Source: Catajapyx aquilonaris (Eukaryota). From it: a DNA stretch of 64,000 nt. Under the pieces are notes generated by a model. It worked only from the letters and a program-made list of their open reading frames with translations. It was not told the origin of the DNA and did no database searches. This document shows positions 50,152 to 62,529 of the stretch, in pieces. The translations under genes and the position numbers were made by a program. Each line of letters begins with the position of its first letter. Position 1 is the stretch's first letter. The DNA is taken from assembly GCA_000934665.2 (NCBI GenBank), contig KZ538462.1, positions 1 to 64,000 on the forward strand, read 5' to 3'.

Positions 50152-52716
50152 TACTGTACCTTCTTTTTCATGTGTGGATGGGGCACACTATTAAACATTT
50201 CGAAGCTATCCCACTTTGTCAGTCATGAATTTGCAGAACTTTTCTCAAGTAGGCCTAAGTACGTTCCATGCAGAAATGACAACAATCGACTCGAAAGAGG
50301 CTTACACATTCTTGTCTGCATTTCAGTAATGTGATAATCTGCTCAATGTTCCCCATCTCAATAGCATATTATAAAATATTCAATACTACCGGTACATAAA
50401 AAGGATATTTAAAAACTGCCACAAATAATAATTCAGTTGAATAACTTTTTAAAATTTCACGCCTACACAATCACATCATGGTACAGTCAGCACGGAAAAG
50501 GTAACGACACATTGACGGTTCCAGAATCCTCAAAGTGTCCTTACCTTTTCCGTACCGACTGTACACTGAATGTCTCCCATTTCAAATGTTGCAAACCGAG
50601 GGGAGGGCAGGAGGAGGACACAGAAAATTTGTGCATCATCACATTCGTCATTGAGTTGAATTGGAAAATGTACAGATTTTATTTGCAACAATCAATACAA
50701 TGATTCAATGGGAAATGTCACGGTATATGTAATTCATGCCAACTTACCAACAATGAGGAGTCAATGCTATTCTCATTTCCCTTTGACTTCAAAACAACGA
50801 ATACTTGATTGCAACATAAAAAAAATTACAGACTCCAATACCCTCTGACTTACGGACTAATCAAAGTCCACGCCTTTAGACTTCAAAATTCCTTCAATTC
50901 ATAAGCAAGAGATAAATCAGGGCAGTGTAACAGCTATCAACATATATGATCGTAAATGCAATAAAATTTCAAATGGTGTTTCTCTCATTCCCAGCACCAA
51001 AGCTTGTTGAACTTATTCACATCGAAATGACCACAATAAATGCCTTAACACATGCAATATGTCACGCATGATGTCCATTAGCCGTAATAAGCAAATGATA
51101 GTTAATATTTAAAGCTGATACATATACATCTTAACAATTCTTTACACATGGACTTGGTAACATCTGATTTAAAAATATCTTGAGCACACAAGCTTATAAC
51201 ATTTTTTTCAAAAATGTCACGAGATTCTACAATATCTTCCCATTATGTCATTTCAGGAAATATTAGTTATCAATAAAGGTAAATTAATTTGAGCAAAACT
51301 TACGACATGAAATTCGGACTTATACATGACAGACATACTGTTGGATGAAAGGGCAACTTCAACAGTCAGAATACAGTTTAAAATGCAAATAGACTGGTCA
51401 TGCAAACATTACAACAATGGAATTTTAATAACACGATTCAAAAGTTGATTATCATTGTTGTATTCTTGAGCAGCATGTGTATAGTTGGATTGAAATTTCA
51501 ATCCAACTCGTGTACTGTATGGAGAGAAGGTACTGTAAACATTTAATCAGTCTTAAACACTGTAATAGGTCGTAACATCATCCACAATGGAGACCTGCTC
51601 ATCCAGAGTGAGATGAAGATCAAAAGAGGGAAAATACATTTTTTAAACAACAAGATACACAGTAGGACCTTCACCAAACAAGAACCTGTCCTAGTGCCGA
51701 GATTTTAAAGCGCCTCACTGGGAGAAAGAAAAACGCTCGACATATCGACATATCGATAGGCTCTTTACAGAAGAAAATGGCGGTGGTTAACATGTGTCAC
51801 ACTCTGAGCTCTATGTACAGTATGACTTTTTGTGCAGTTCTTTCAAAGCATTTTCAGGGCAATACCCTGGATTCAAAAGCACCCTGGAACTTGTATTATG
51901 GCTGGACTTTCTAAGTCCTTGTGAGTTTGATTTAGTTTGTGTGTGCCTCACTGATTCACATGGTCACCTATCAATTCCTAACAATTCCTGACAATTACTG
52001 CCATGGAACTGCTTTGGTTTGATGAGAACTACCAGTATGAATTTTTCTAACAACACAATTATCTGACTTCCATGGCTAGTTCACGAACACAGGACAACTA
52101 CCTTGGTCATCCCAACTTGTCAATGTGAATTAAAGTGCCACTTCACAGCCAATTATGGTGACTATTGCATGGACTAGCAATCGAAAAGAAAATATTCATT
52201 CAAAACCAATTTTACAACACTAAGAAAAAGAAGCTCCAATTTACACGGGAGGACAAACATGACTCATGTCAATGTGACGTTAAAGTTAACCACATAATTT
52301 TTCCGAAACATTTCTGCCAATTTCTAGAGTGGCACATAACAACTAGATGACCATTTCTCAACTTTCTTCTGACAACAGACAATCAAATAATCCAGCTGAC
52401 ACAAGACCTTTAGATCCCTCGACCAATTCAAATTCTTATTATTTCACACCATACGCTTTTTAAATATGCAGAAGAACCCTGTTATTGAAGGATATAATTT
52501 TCAGCACCATAAGTTCCCATCAGAGACAGGTTTCACTGTACTTTGGCATTTGAACTGGTTAAAACCTTGAAATGCAATTGGAATTTCAACAACAGACCAG
52601 TTAATACACTCAAATTACTACAGCTACAATAATGACATGGCAAAATACATAGCACTCTGCAGTGGCAGTTTACACGAAGAACTCTTTAGCACGTAACGAA
52701 GTGAAGAGAAGCATTC

Positions 52717-53045
52717 TTAGGAAAAAGCCCCCTCCCTGACAATATCCCCCAAAGCAGCGTCTGCATCCAGAAACGCCTGCAGGACGGTCTGGTGCAAGAG
52801 GCCGCTCCCACCCCCTCTCTCTGGATTGGTGGTTCCAATGAGCTCCTGCAGATGCTTGAGCTTGAGATGTGCCCTCAGGGAATCGCTGCGTGTGTAGGTA
52901 GCAGGGCACAGGGGACATCGGTGCCTGCCAGGGTTGTGCACGTGATAATGGTTCCAGTGGTTGGACACCACTTTGCCACACAGTCTGCATCTGCGCAGGT
53001 GAGGATTACTGGCTACCTTTTCAAACATGGCTTTCACCCGGGGTC
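52717..53045 (-). CDS. fru: fru-like gene, alternative terminal exon 3 (FruB-type zinc fingers)
   Basis: Phase-1 acceptor TACTTACAG. RCRLCGKVVSNHWNHYHVHNPGRHRCPLCPATYTRSDSLRAHLKLKH closely matches the remembered FruB motif (RCKLCGKVV...NHYHVH.PG...CPLC.ATYTRSD.LR.H.K.KH). Confidence 0.85.
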
Positions 53046-53540
53046 CTGTAAGTATCGGGTGGTAATGGAGGGGAGGTAATGGTGGAAGAGGCAATATTCA
53101 TTTTTATATGCATATTAAATAGTGAGAAAAATACTGTCTGGAGTTAGATGAAAAGTTAACTTGTGTCCATTTTGAATGTCAGTTCTCAAGTTTGAATGGA
53201 TGTAAGACAAAGTGTGATATATTTTCCAATACTAGAAGAGTACTGTACTTCAGGCAATAATATCAGGAATGCTAAGGCTGCAGTACACACTACATATTAA
53301 TGTGTAAATGCCCAAATTGCAGTCAGTTAATATCAACTCCCACTCGGTTTGTAACTTGGTGAATTCTACTGCATGGCGTTCAGGACAGATAAAACGGCCG
53401 TATGCGCCATATTGTGTACTCACTACACAAAGCAAATGAAGATTTATGATTTCCTTGCATTTTGGATTGCTTAATGCTTGACTTGACCAGTGAGATATAT
53501 TGCTGCTTTCAGGCTACACTCAAAACAACCTGATTGAATG

Positions 53541-53959
53541 CAGGGGCGGATCCAGACTTTCGATTGGGGGTGGGGGGGTCATGCCATCATGGTCCTGTAG
53601 GAACGTTCTGTACCATACCGCAGACTTGGTGGCATTTGCGAGGCGGGGCGGAGGCATAAGTCGTACAGGGTGAATTTTTTGGTGGGTTCAAGGTCACACG
53701 AGCTTAGGTGAATGTGGGCAATTTTAATGGGTGTGTACAGTATTTGGTGAAATTGGTAGCACTTTTCCAAAAAGTCATGAATTAGCCATTTTTGCCGATT
53801 TTTGGATAATAGCCTAGATTTCTCTGGGGGGGNNNNNNNNNNNNNNNNNNNNNNNNNNNNNNNNNNNNNNNNNNNNNNNNNNNNNNNNNNNNNNNNNNNN
53901 NNNNNNNNNNNNNNNNNNNNNNNNNNNNNNCCCCCCCCCCCCCCCAGGATCCGCCCCTG
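53541..53959. mobile_element. hAT-type MITE containing an assembly gap
   Basis: TIRs CAGGGGCGGATCC / GGATCCGCCCCTG. 8-bp TSD ATTGAATG / GTTGAATG (7 of 8 identical). Confidence 0.8.
53833..53930. other. Assembly gap (N run) between poly-G and poly-C
   Basis: 98 consecutive Ns. Confidence 1.
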
Positions 53960-55809
53960 GTTGAATGTGGTCTAACCTGTATCCAGCAATTCCATCTTTA
54001 GGAAAATGTTAACTCACATGAAATGTAATGCATGTCAGTCCCATGAAATTTGCATGAGAAATTGGTTGCACCATTGAAGGTAGATTGTCAACTTCCGAAT
54101 TTTACCTTACCATTCATCTTTGGCAACAATGAATAAGGTAAAATCCTTGGTCACAATTTGCATTCATTCGTGCATCTTGGCGAAAGTACGATTTATACGT
54201 TGGTTTGGTTTATGTTTTTCTTTTAGATAAATGCATGAGATGGTTTGCCACTTTGCTTTCTAATTGCTGGTGAGAATTTCTCTCCCTGATTTCACTGTGA
54301 CTCATTACTAAGTTAGGTTTTAAGAATTTACTGGTAATGCTTTTTCTTCAGTTTCTAATAATTCTTTGACGATTTGCCACGAATTGTTTTGCATACTGAC
54401 TTTCTCTACGAGAAGGCAAAATTTCCATTACTTCGAATTAATGGCAGAGTTTGTGTTATTACATGTCAGATATACGTGTTTTCCTTTATGTCGATTCCAA
54501 ATTTCAACATAACGGCATCATGTAATGAGCACATACCTTGTTTCAGTACAAGTGGATGTGATATTATGTGTATGGCATGTCAAAAAGAAATTCCCAGGTA
54601 CATGAAACGAATAGCACAAGTGCGCATCAAGGAGGGCTGGAACTGAACTTACAGGTCAATTCCACGTCCCTTGACAACGCAAGCGTCTTACAGTTAGGAA
54701 ATGTTAGAAGATTGGAAAGTGGATTAAAGCCATGTTCTTGCCATGCTTACGTACAGAGGGGGCAGAATAGGTAGCCAAAATGCATAACAATGGAACCATT
54801 ATCATGAACACCTGGATTTAAAAAGACATATGCACACACCCATGCCAGAAAAGGAGAAAATGATGTGAAATAAATACGCCATATCCACACTTAAAAATTA
54901 ATGCTGGCCTTTAATTAACTAAACCTTACACAAAATTGGGGTAGGGGGATAGAATCAGTATTACAATGGTACTATTACGTGATTGGCAAATTGGCATTCG
55001 CTCCCTGCTATTGTATCAGTAAAAAATCCAGTCTTCCCTGTGATGTATGTTTATAAAATTGCAATAGCATTTGCATCGTGCCAGTTTATCAACAAGATCT
55101 TAATCATAAATGCAAAAATTTGGCAAACAGCAAAATCATACTCTCTTAAATAAGCTTGAACTTGTTGCATAGCCAGGTTGTTCACTCACGGCTTTTACCA
55201 AATTTCTTCAACACATTGCGTTCAGTTGTGGAAGCAGATCATTGCATTCCGTCTGCAGACTGAGGTCAAGTTATCACTAATGCAGCATGTGCTTACCAGT
55301 TCCCATTATACGGTGAAATATTGCAGTTAGCATTAGTCTTAAAAGCCACTCTACGTTCATTTTAAATTGCATAACAGTCAGCGACTGAACTGATTTATCC
55401 AAATAAGCAGTACTTACACGTAACTAATCGAGTGGCATTCATTTGCATGTAATGTCGTAACATTAACATGAAGGCATGTAAAAAATATATTCCAGCTATA
55501 GCGCTACCCATCCATTTGAGTGACTTGGGAGTATTAACTTGTTAGGTGACACGACTTGGGCTAGAAATGCATAAAGATGAGGTAATGTACAAATCATCCG
55601 AAGATCAATAGCAGCTATGCCAAACTCGCCAACCATCCCTTAATAATAATTTAAAAATTCATCTACACCTGACACTCTCTACACAAGATTACGCACGCCT
55701 CACTACACTAACTCCCATTTTTTAAAGTGCTTGGCCACACACATTTGCAGTCAGTCTCCACCCAACTTCCCCCCCCGTTGTCGGACCACACTTTCCTTCA
55801 CGACAACAC

Positions 55810-56057
55810 CTAAGCCGCGTGCTTGCACTTGTAGTGCTGCTTGAGCGAGTCCCTGCGCTTGAACACCGCGTGACAAATGCTGCATCGGCACATTTCAGGG
55901 TTGTGGTAGTTGTAGTGGTGCCAACGGTTGGTCACCTGCTTGCCGCATATCTGACACGAGAACAACCGTGATGCAGTTTGGACAAAGATGTTATATTTTG
56001 ATACGCCTGGGGCAAAGGCCGTAAACTCTGGGCCACCGCCGCAGGCGGGGTATACAC
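55810..56057 (-). CDS. fru: fru-like gene, alternative terminal exon 2 (FruC-type zinc fingers)
   Basis: Acceptor TCTCTCTTTTCTTCCCTTGCAG, phase 1. CQICGKQVTNRWHHYNYHNPEMCRCSICHAVFKRRDSLKQHYKCKH; CGK.VTNRWHH is the remembered FruC hallmark. Confidence 0.85.
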
Positions 56058-59000
56058 CTGCAAGGGAAGAAAAGAGAGAACAGCTCAGTATATTTTGGGA
56101 GGACATTTGCAGTCAAACTCATTTACAAAATTTACCACCACGACTCTTACACCTAACATGAATCCCTAGCGAGACCAAGCGAATTGTCAGCTCTCACAGA
56201 TGCAACTCTCGTGTTGTTTCAGCATTGGGCTAGTTGAGCTACACTTTTACAAATGTAGGTCACATACTAGGCAATAATCTCCTGTCACGTAATCAAAGTG
56301 TGTCATGTTCTTGAATGTGGAATGTGTGCAAAATTTCCTTTTCGCTAATACTTTTACATTAAAATTTCATTATGTCTGTTACATTTTAATGCACAATTTA
56401 AACATTTTTCTTGCCGATAATCACACCACCTAGATTCAGTACCACAGATTATTCATTGACTTCAGAAGACCATCAAATTCCAATTGTGTGGAGCAATTTT
56501 AAAGATATGCTTTGCAGAGTTGTACTCCATTCTTGAGGTGTTAGCTAGCCGTAAGACCACATATTCAAACAAGGCTACATATTTGGAAAAAAAAAACATT
56601 AAAATTTTGGAAGCCCAATATGACACAAATTTTTTAGCAAGTGCACAAAATTTGCAGTTGTCATCTGGTGAAAAAAAAAATGTGGGTGTTTTTTTAACCA
56701 ACATGGCAACAAAAGATATGTAACCCTCCCTCACACAATATGCAAGTACGAACCCTATGGTTTTCAGTACGACACAATAAAAGAAAACTGCCAGCGAATC
56801 ACTGCAAATGTTTCCCAAAATATACATAGTTTGACACATTTCCAACAGACATATTTATTATATATTTTATTCAATAATAAAAAGGAGTGATGTACATTAC
56901 ATCGTATATATATAATTCTGTATATATATTTATCTTTAAAAAAACCAAACCACTTCATCACCAGTAAAGCTTAAAAATGGAACTTGAACCCCCTCTTACC
57001 AACAAAAAAAGTTTACAAAGTTTGAAACAATGTAACAAGTATATACAAAATTCCCATAACATAAGCTATAATTATTATATTTATGTACTTTTAATGTCCT
57101 GTTCATGTACTGACTTAGTACATACGTATTGCAGTTTGTAGTTTAAAAAAAGGAATGCATCAAATCAATAGTAAATGCAACGTGTAAAAAGTGTCGCGTG
57201 TGAAGGTAGAAAAGACTAAAAAATATCTGCAAACTACGGAACAATTTTTGCAAGTGCAAAAAACTTGGAAGATATATAATTTGGTTAAAAAGGGCTAGAC
57301 TAGGAAAAGGTAGGAGCATTTTTCTTCTTCTGTATTCAGCACCAAAGTGTAGCCGAATTATGAACATAATGCGTACGAGTGTGTGCATGTGTATGTAGAC
57401 ATATTTATACATACACGCACATGTAGATCATTTAAAGTATATATATTTTAAAAAGTTGTACCTTGAGCCACTGGCAGGAAGTTGACAACTATTACCCGTT
57501 AATGACAAAACCTGGCTTTCAACACTTACACGTCTCTTAGCACCACCCCCAAAAAATTATATCATTAAAAATTGGGCCAGCTGAGTCAGCTCACTGGGTC
57601 GTCAGACTGAACAATGAATAAATATCTTTCCACTCTTATTTACTCATGAGCTCTATTACAGCCCAATGGTCCTTAAAAACCTCCCTCATATATAATATAG
57701 TTATAATAATAAAGATACGCTCAATACAATAACAGTAATAGTAAAGATATTTAAAAAAGCACCACAAGTGTGGGGTCCATAAAACGTAATGAAGACATAC
57801 ATTAACTTTTCCGAGCGTAACCTCAGAAAGCAGTAATTCAAGGAATGCTAGTTAACTTCCAAAGAGGTTTTTTTTTTGTAGAAACAATGACATTTTAAAA
57901 AGATCCCCACAATTGCACAAGACCGCTTATAAAAAACATTTTTTTTCTCCCCCAATATCCTACACAACAATATTGAGTAATTATTAGATATATCCATATA
58001 TATGAATTAAATATGCAAACAACAAATCACATTTAACATAGTCAACAAGTTATCCAAAAAAATTAAATGAAAAACTTTGGTCCACCAGGTCCACCCCAAA
58101 AAACACCACAACTACATATAAAGCTTCATTGAGCATTACTTTGGAAAATAATAAATTAATATAGTGTTAAAAACAGGGCTCCAAAATATTTGTTCCCATT
58201 CTAGGAATCGGCATGTAACCTTTTTCAAGGTTTCAGTTACATGCTTCAAAATTAACACTTTCATTCCTACAATTATCACCACCACCACTTGCGGCAAGAC
58301 GTAAAATGATTTCAACGCCAACTGGTAACATATATGAACGTATTGCACAAGAAACAATCGTAAAACAATATTAAACAATAACAATTGCTCAACAACATCA
58401 ATGTCTGCCAATTACAACAACATTGCTAAAAATCTTTCAATAGGTAATTTGCGATTTTGAAATAATTTAAGGTATAAGAATGTGGTAACAACAGAATCTA
58501 TGATGTCTTTTAAATATTATAGTGACCAAGAAAGAAATAGTGTTAAAATTGTCTAGTTGGAACCCTGTCCACACACTTAGCACATCTTTATGAAAAATTA
58601 CCAATCAACACAACTACCCATACATTTCTCGTATTTATGTTGTATAAAAACTGGGTAAACATAACCTTTGGTATAACACAACTCCCATACAAAAAAAAAC
58701 CAACCCAATCCCCTCCCCAATCTCTGGTGACACTATGACCCCATATCTGTCGTCTTTATTTTTTTCCATACTCCAAAACCATTTTTCGCAAATAGCCATT
58801 TTCCTTTGCTTTACCCGAAGGCATGCACAAAACTTTCCAACAGTTTTCTATAGAAACCAACACACTCGTTGAAGGTAGTGTGTCAGATGAATCGCCTCTA
58901 ATTGCCACGCCCTAAGCTGGTTTACGCATTCTCCTGCTTATGAAACTGTACATGAAGCAAGTACAGTTAAAATATTAGCACCAAGTTAATGAGTATAAGC

Positions 59001-59227
59001 ACCTTCAGGACTGCCATTCATTTTTTTCAGTTATATCAACGGCATGCGCATCACATCATGAAATGTGCACTCGGCAGGTTACAACTCAATCGTTACAAGT
59101 GTTGAATTCCGCTTTGAGAATAATGTGGCTTATCGAATCTGGTTCGAGTCATTCCAATGAGAAACTGTTGCAAGAAGTTTGGTGCATGCCCCACACGGCA
59201 AAGCGCGTGTTCTCGTTTTCATTTGAG

Positions 59228-59520
59228 TCACCACTTGAGCTCGTCACCCCAACCCATGGCAGTGGCGATCACCCAGCACTTCCCAAACTTCATGTGCTGC
59301 TTGAGGTGATCCGGGCGGGTGTAAACCCGGTGGCAAACCCGGCACTTGAAGTGTCCCGGCGAGTGGTACAGGTAATGGTTGCGCTTGTTCTTTACCACCT
59401 TGTTACACAGCCTACACCGCTGGGCCGTGGGAGACACCCTCTCAAACATGTCTTTGTAGCTTGTCACCACGCCCGTGCCACTACCCTCAAAACTCTCCCT
59501 GTACCTTCCTATTTCGGCCC
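59228..59520 (-). CDS. fru: fru-like gene, alternative terminal exon 1 (divergent FruB-type, second finger C2HC)
   Basis: Acceptor CTCTTTTCTCTCCCTTGCAG, phase 1, in frame (GAEIGRYRES...). MFERV...RCRLCNKVVKNKRNHYLYHSPGHFKCRVCHRVYTRPDHLKQHMKFGKC. Confidence 0.82.
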
Positions 59521-61304
59521 CTGCAAGGGAGAGAAAAAGAGAAAAAAAAATGTGTGTGGAGAAGAGAATATGGATGGGTTTTTTTATAAATAAAATAAAT
59601 TTTGCTTCTTTTTTTGCTCTTGATGTGCATTATTAATAAGAAAAAAATATATATATGAATAAGAGAAAAGAGAGAGAGGGAGCCAAGTGTCACCAGAGAT
59701 TCCACAATAATTGGGTGTAACAGGAAAAAATTTCTTTTGAAGTGGCAATGAACTGTACATATTAGGGCCAATTCTTATTTACAGAAAAAAAGGTCTTGAC
59801 AAATTCTCACTACTGGGAAGCACTGCATCTAATATGATCGATTCTTGGCTGCTTAATGACAACCTCATTATGCACAGCGATTGTTACTAATATGCCTACG
59901 AGTCAATCACCAAGGAACATTTTCCCCATTCCCAAAGTCACTTCGACTCTAACTACAGGCCATGTTGCAACAGGTGTAAAAGCATGTTGACCTTATCAAT
60001 TCCATACCTTCAATCTAAACATCATTATCACAGCTTGCATCACGATAAGAAAATTTTTGAAACAACAATACCAATATGGTCATAACAATGAGGCCTGCAC
60101 TGTCCCACTCATTTCCTCAACCTATTACAAACGGTGTCAGTTTCCGAGCATCCTGAAATTCTTGAAAATGTATGTCGGATATCAAAACATCCTTTTGCTT
60201 CTTTCCTACACAATCACGTGAATTCTTCACAGCCGAACTGCAGATAATAATGACACATGGCGCTAACATGACTGCAAGGCATATTCAACAACTGACTTGA
60301 GCCCACGAGATCACTCAAAAAGACTGAGACGATTTTAAACAAAATTCAACATCATGTCAATCATTTTGAGGGAATTAATACGTTATCTCACATTCATCCT
60401 GAAATCATTCTTGCTACAGCAGCATTGCCTGAAGTTACGCATTTTAAATTGGGCCTTTCATTTCATGAGCTGAGCATCATAAGCTGAACTTGACCAGTTG
60501 TCAAATTAACCCTGCAACATCTTAGTGCCCGTAGTACCTGATGTCTAATTTTCAGTATTTTCATAATCGGAATTGCCTGTCTGTATGTGCACCAACATGA
60601 AAAAGCTGCTCATTCCCTTGTTGCAACTTCTTTCATCGACACTAAATTTTCTGGTGAGCAGGTCACGCATTTTCAACTGAAGAGAGCTGTTGCACCGCCC
60701 TGACCAAAAAATTATCTGCTCTTATTGAGTTTCCGCGGAAAACAATACTACTACATCACTAGGTTTGCCTAATTCGCAACAATACCAACAACAGTCAAAA
60801 ACAAGTACACCCTCCCGACCCCAGCAATGTCCTCCCAACAATACCAATATCAACATACTACAAAAAAAAACAGTGCGGAGCTAGGGGAAAGGATGGGCAG
60901 TGGACGGGAGAAAACTGAAGAAACCCAGGGACACTAACACAAAACACAAACAATTTTTGAAAAACAAAGACCACTCAACACACATCCACAATTTTTAATG
61001 CAGCTTTACCTCAATTAAAAATTGCCCTACCCTTCCGAGTAGATTTACATGAATTACTTATCGAATTTCACATATTTTGATGCTTATCCCGATCAACTGT
61101 GAACACGATTGACAAAATTATTAAACAAAGCTCCTCTCCCAACCCTTTTGCCTTCCGTAAAAAACTGAATCACAAACTGGGGCCTTTGCGTGGTCTTTAG
61201 TACACATGGTAAGGTATAAGAGATGAAATAAAACCAAGTGGAAAAGAGAGAGAAAGAGAGAGATATTAAAAATAGGGATCGATAACAAACGAATCGTCTC
61301 TTAC

Positions 61305-62529
61305 CTTCTGGGAGGTCCAAGTGTTCCTGAGTTGCTGACGTTCCTTGTTCAGAGTCTGAGTGGTGCCCCCCTCCCCCGCCACCGCCTCCCCCTCCCCCGG
61401 CGGATGAGACAGACATCTGCGATTGGTCCAATGAGCCACTGAGCGCAAGAGATTCCTCCTGTAATTAACAAGCGCGTCAATTAAAATCTTCGTGAGCCCG
61501 CAACCCAGGACAAAGTGAAAGTGCTACTCACGTTGGGCGGGTCAATTCCAAATGTGTCCCTGTACTCTTGGGCCCCAATTTGACCCAGGTCCTCCTCCTC
61601 CTTCACGATGGAATCTGGGGAAAGATTGATGGCCTCTGCGTGATGACCACTCCCGGTTCCCAAGTCGGGGAGCTTGCAGTCAGGCGAGTAAGAGGCGGAG
61701 GGATTGATCCCGCCGTCAGCGATGTTTGCATTGCCGTTGTTCGTGGTGGAAGCAGTGGTGGTCGTGGGTTGGGAGGTCACCGTCGAGGAGGAAGACGTCG
61801 ATGCAGGCTGAGGATGATCAGGTTTTGATCGGCCCTGGTTTTGTCCCACGTACTGAAAGTTGCATGTAAAGCAGTTAAGGCTACGGACATATTCAAATTG
61901 GGTCCTAGTCAACACACGAAACAAGTGGCGGCCCAATGCTACGGACTGGCCCAAGGTATAGACGCCTAAAGGATCTCGATTATGATGTTTGTTTGTCCAG
62001 ATTAGGTTTTCAGGACAACTTGGTATGTCCAATTACAGTAGTTCGCTACATGCAGTCTCACCTGTGGAGAGTTCCCGGATGGACATCTCCTCCTCTTCTT
62101 TTCAGGTGGCGGTGGAGGGCAGTCAGACACAGCAGAACCTGCGTTCCCGCCTTTCCCTCCACCCGCGTCCACTCCCGTGGAGGTCTCGGCAAGCCCCCGA
62201 ATGCGCAGTACCTCTGCGGTCCTGAGGAAGTCGCTGAGCATAGTCTGAGAGACATTGACCTCGCCGCGGTACATGAACTGGAGCAGCGCCTTCATCTCGT
62301 CCCTCCGAATGTCCCTCAGGAAGATGATTGGGTGGGGATGGACGTTCTGAAGCAGCATGGCCTCGAAGTATGGGGAGCAGGCGGAAAGGACCGTCTGGTG
62401 AGCCTTGAAAGTGTGGCCGTCGCAGGCCAGTGTCACGTCCACCAGCACCTCTCGCTGGAGGAGCGACTCAAGCACGTCTGTTAGGTTGGCCCGGTGGTTA
62501 TTCCACCGCAGGCAGAACTGCTGCTCCAT
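61305..62529 (-). CDS. fru: fruitless-like BTB transcription factor, common exons (BTB + connector)
   Basis: Exons 62062-62529, 61532-61852, 61305-61458 (ends phase 1). [56 protein letters not shown]...HPHPIIFL matches the Fru-type BTB (NLT.VL.SLLQRE, KAHQT). Fru B- and C-type finger exons lie downstream. Confidence 0.85.
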
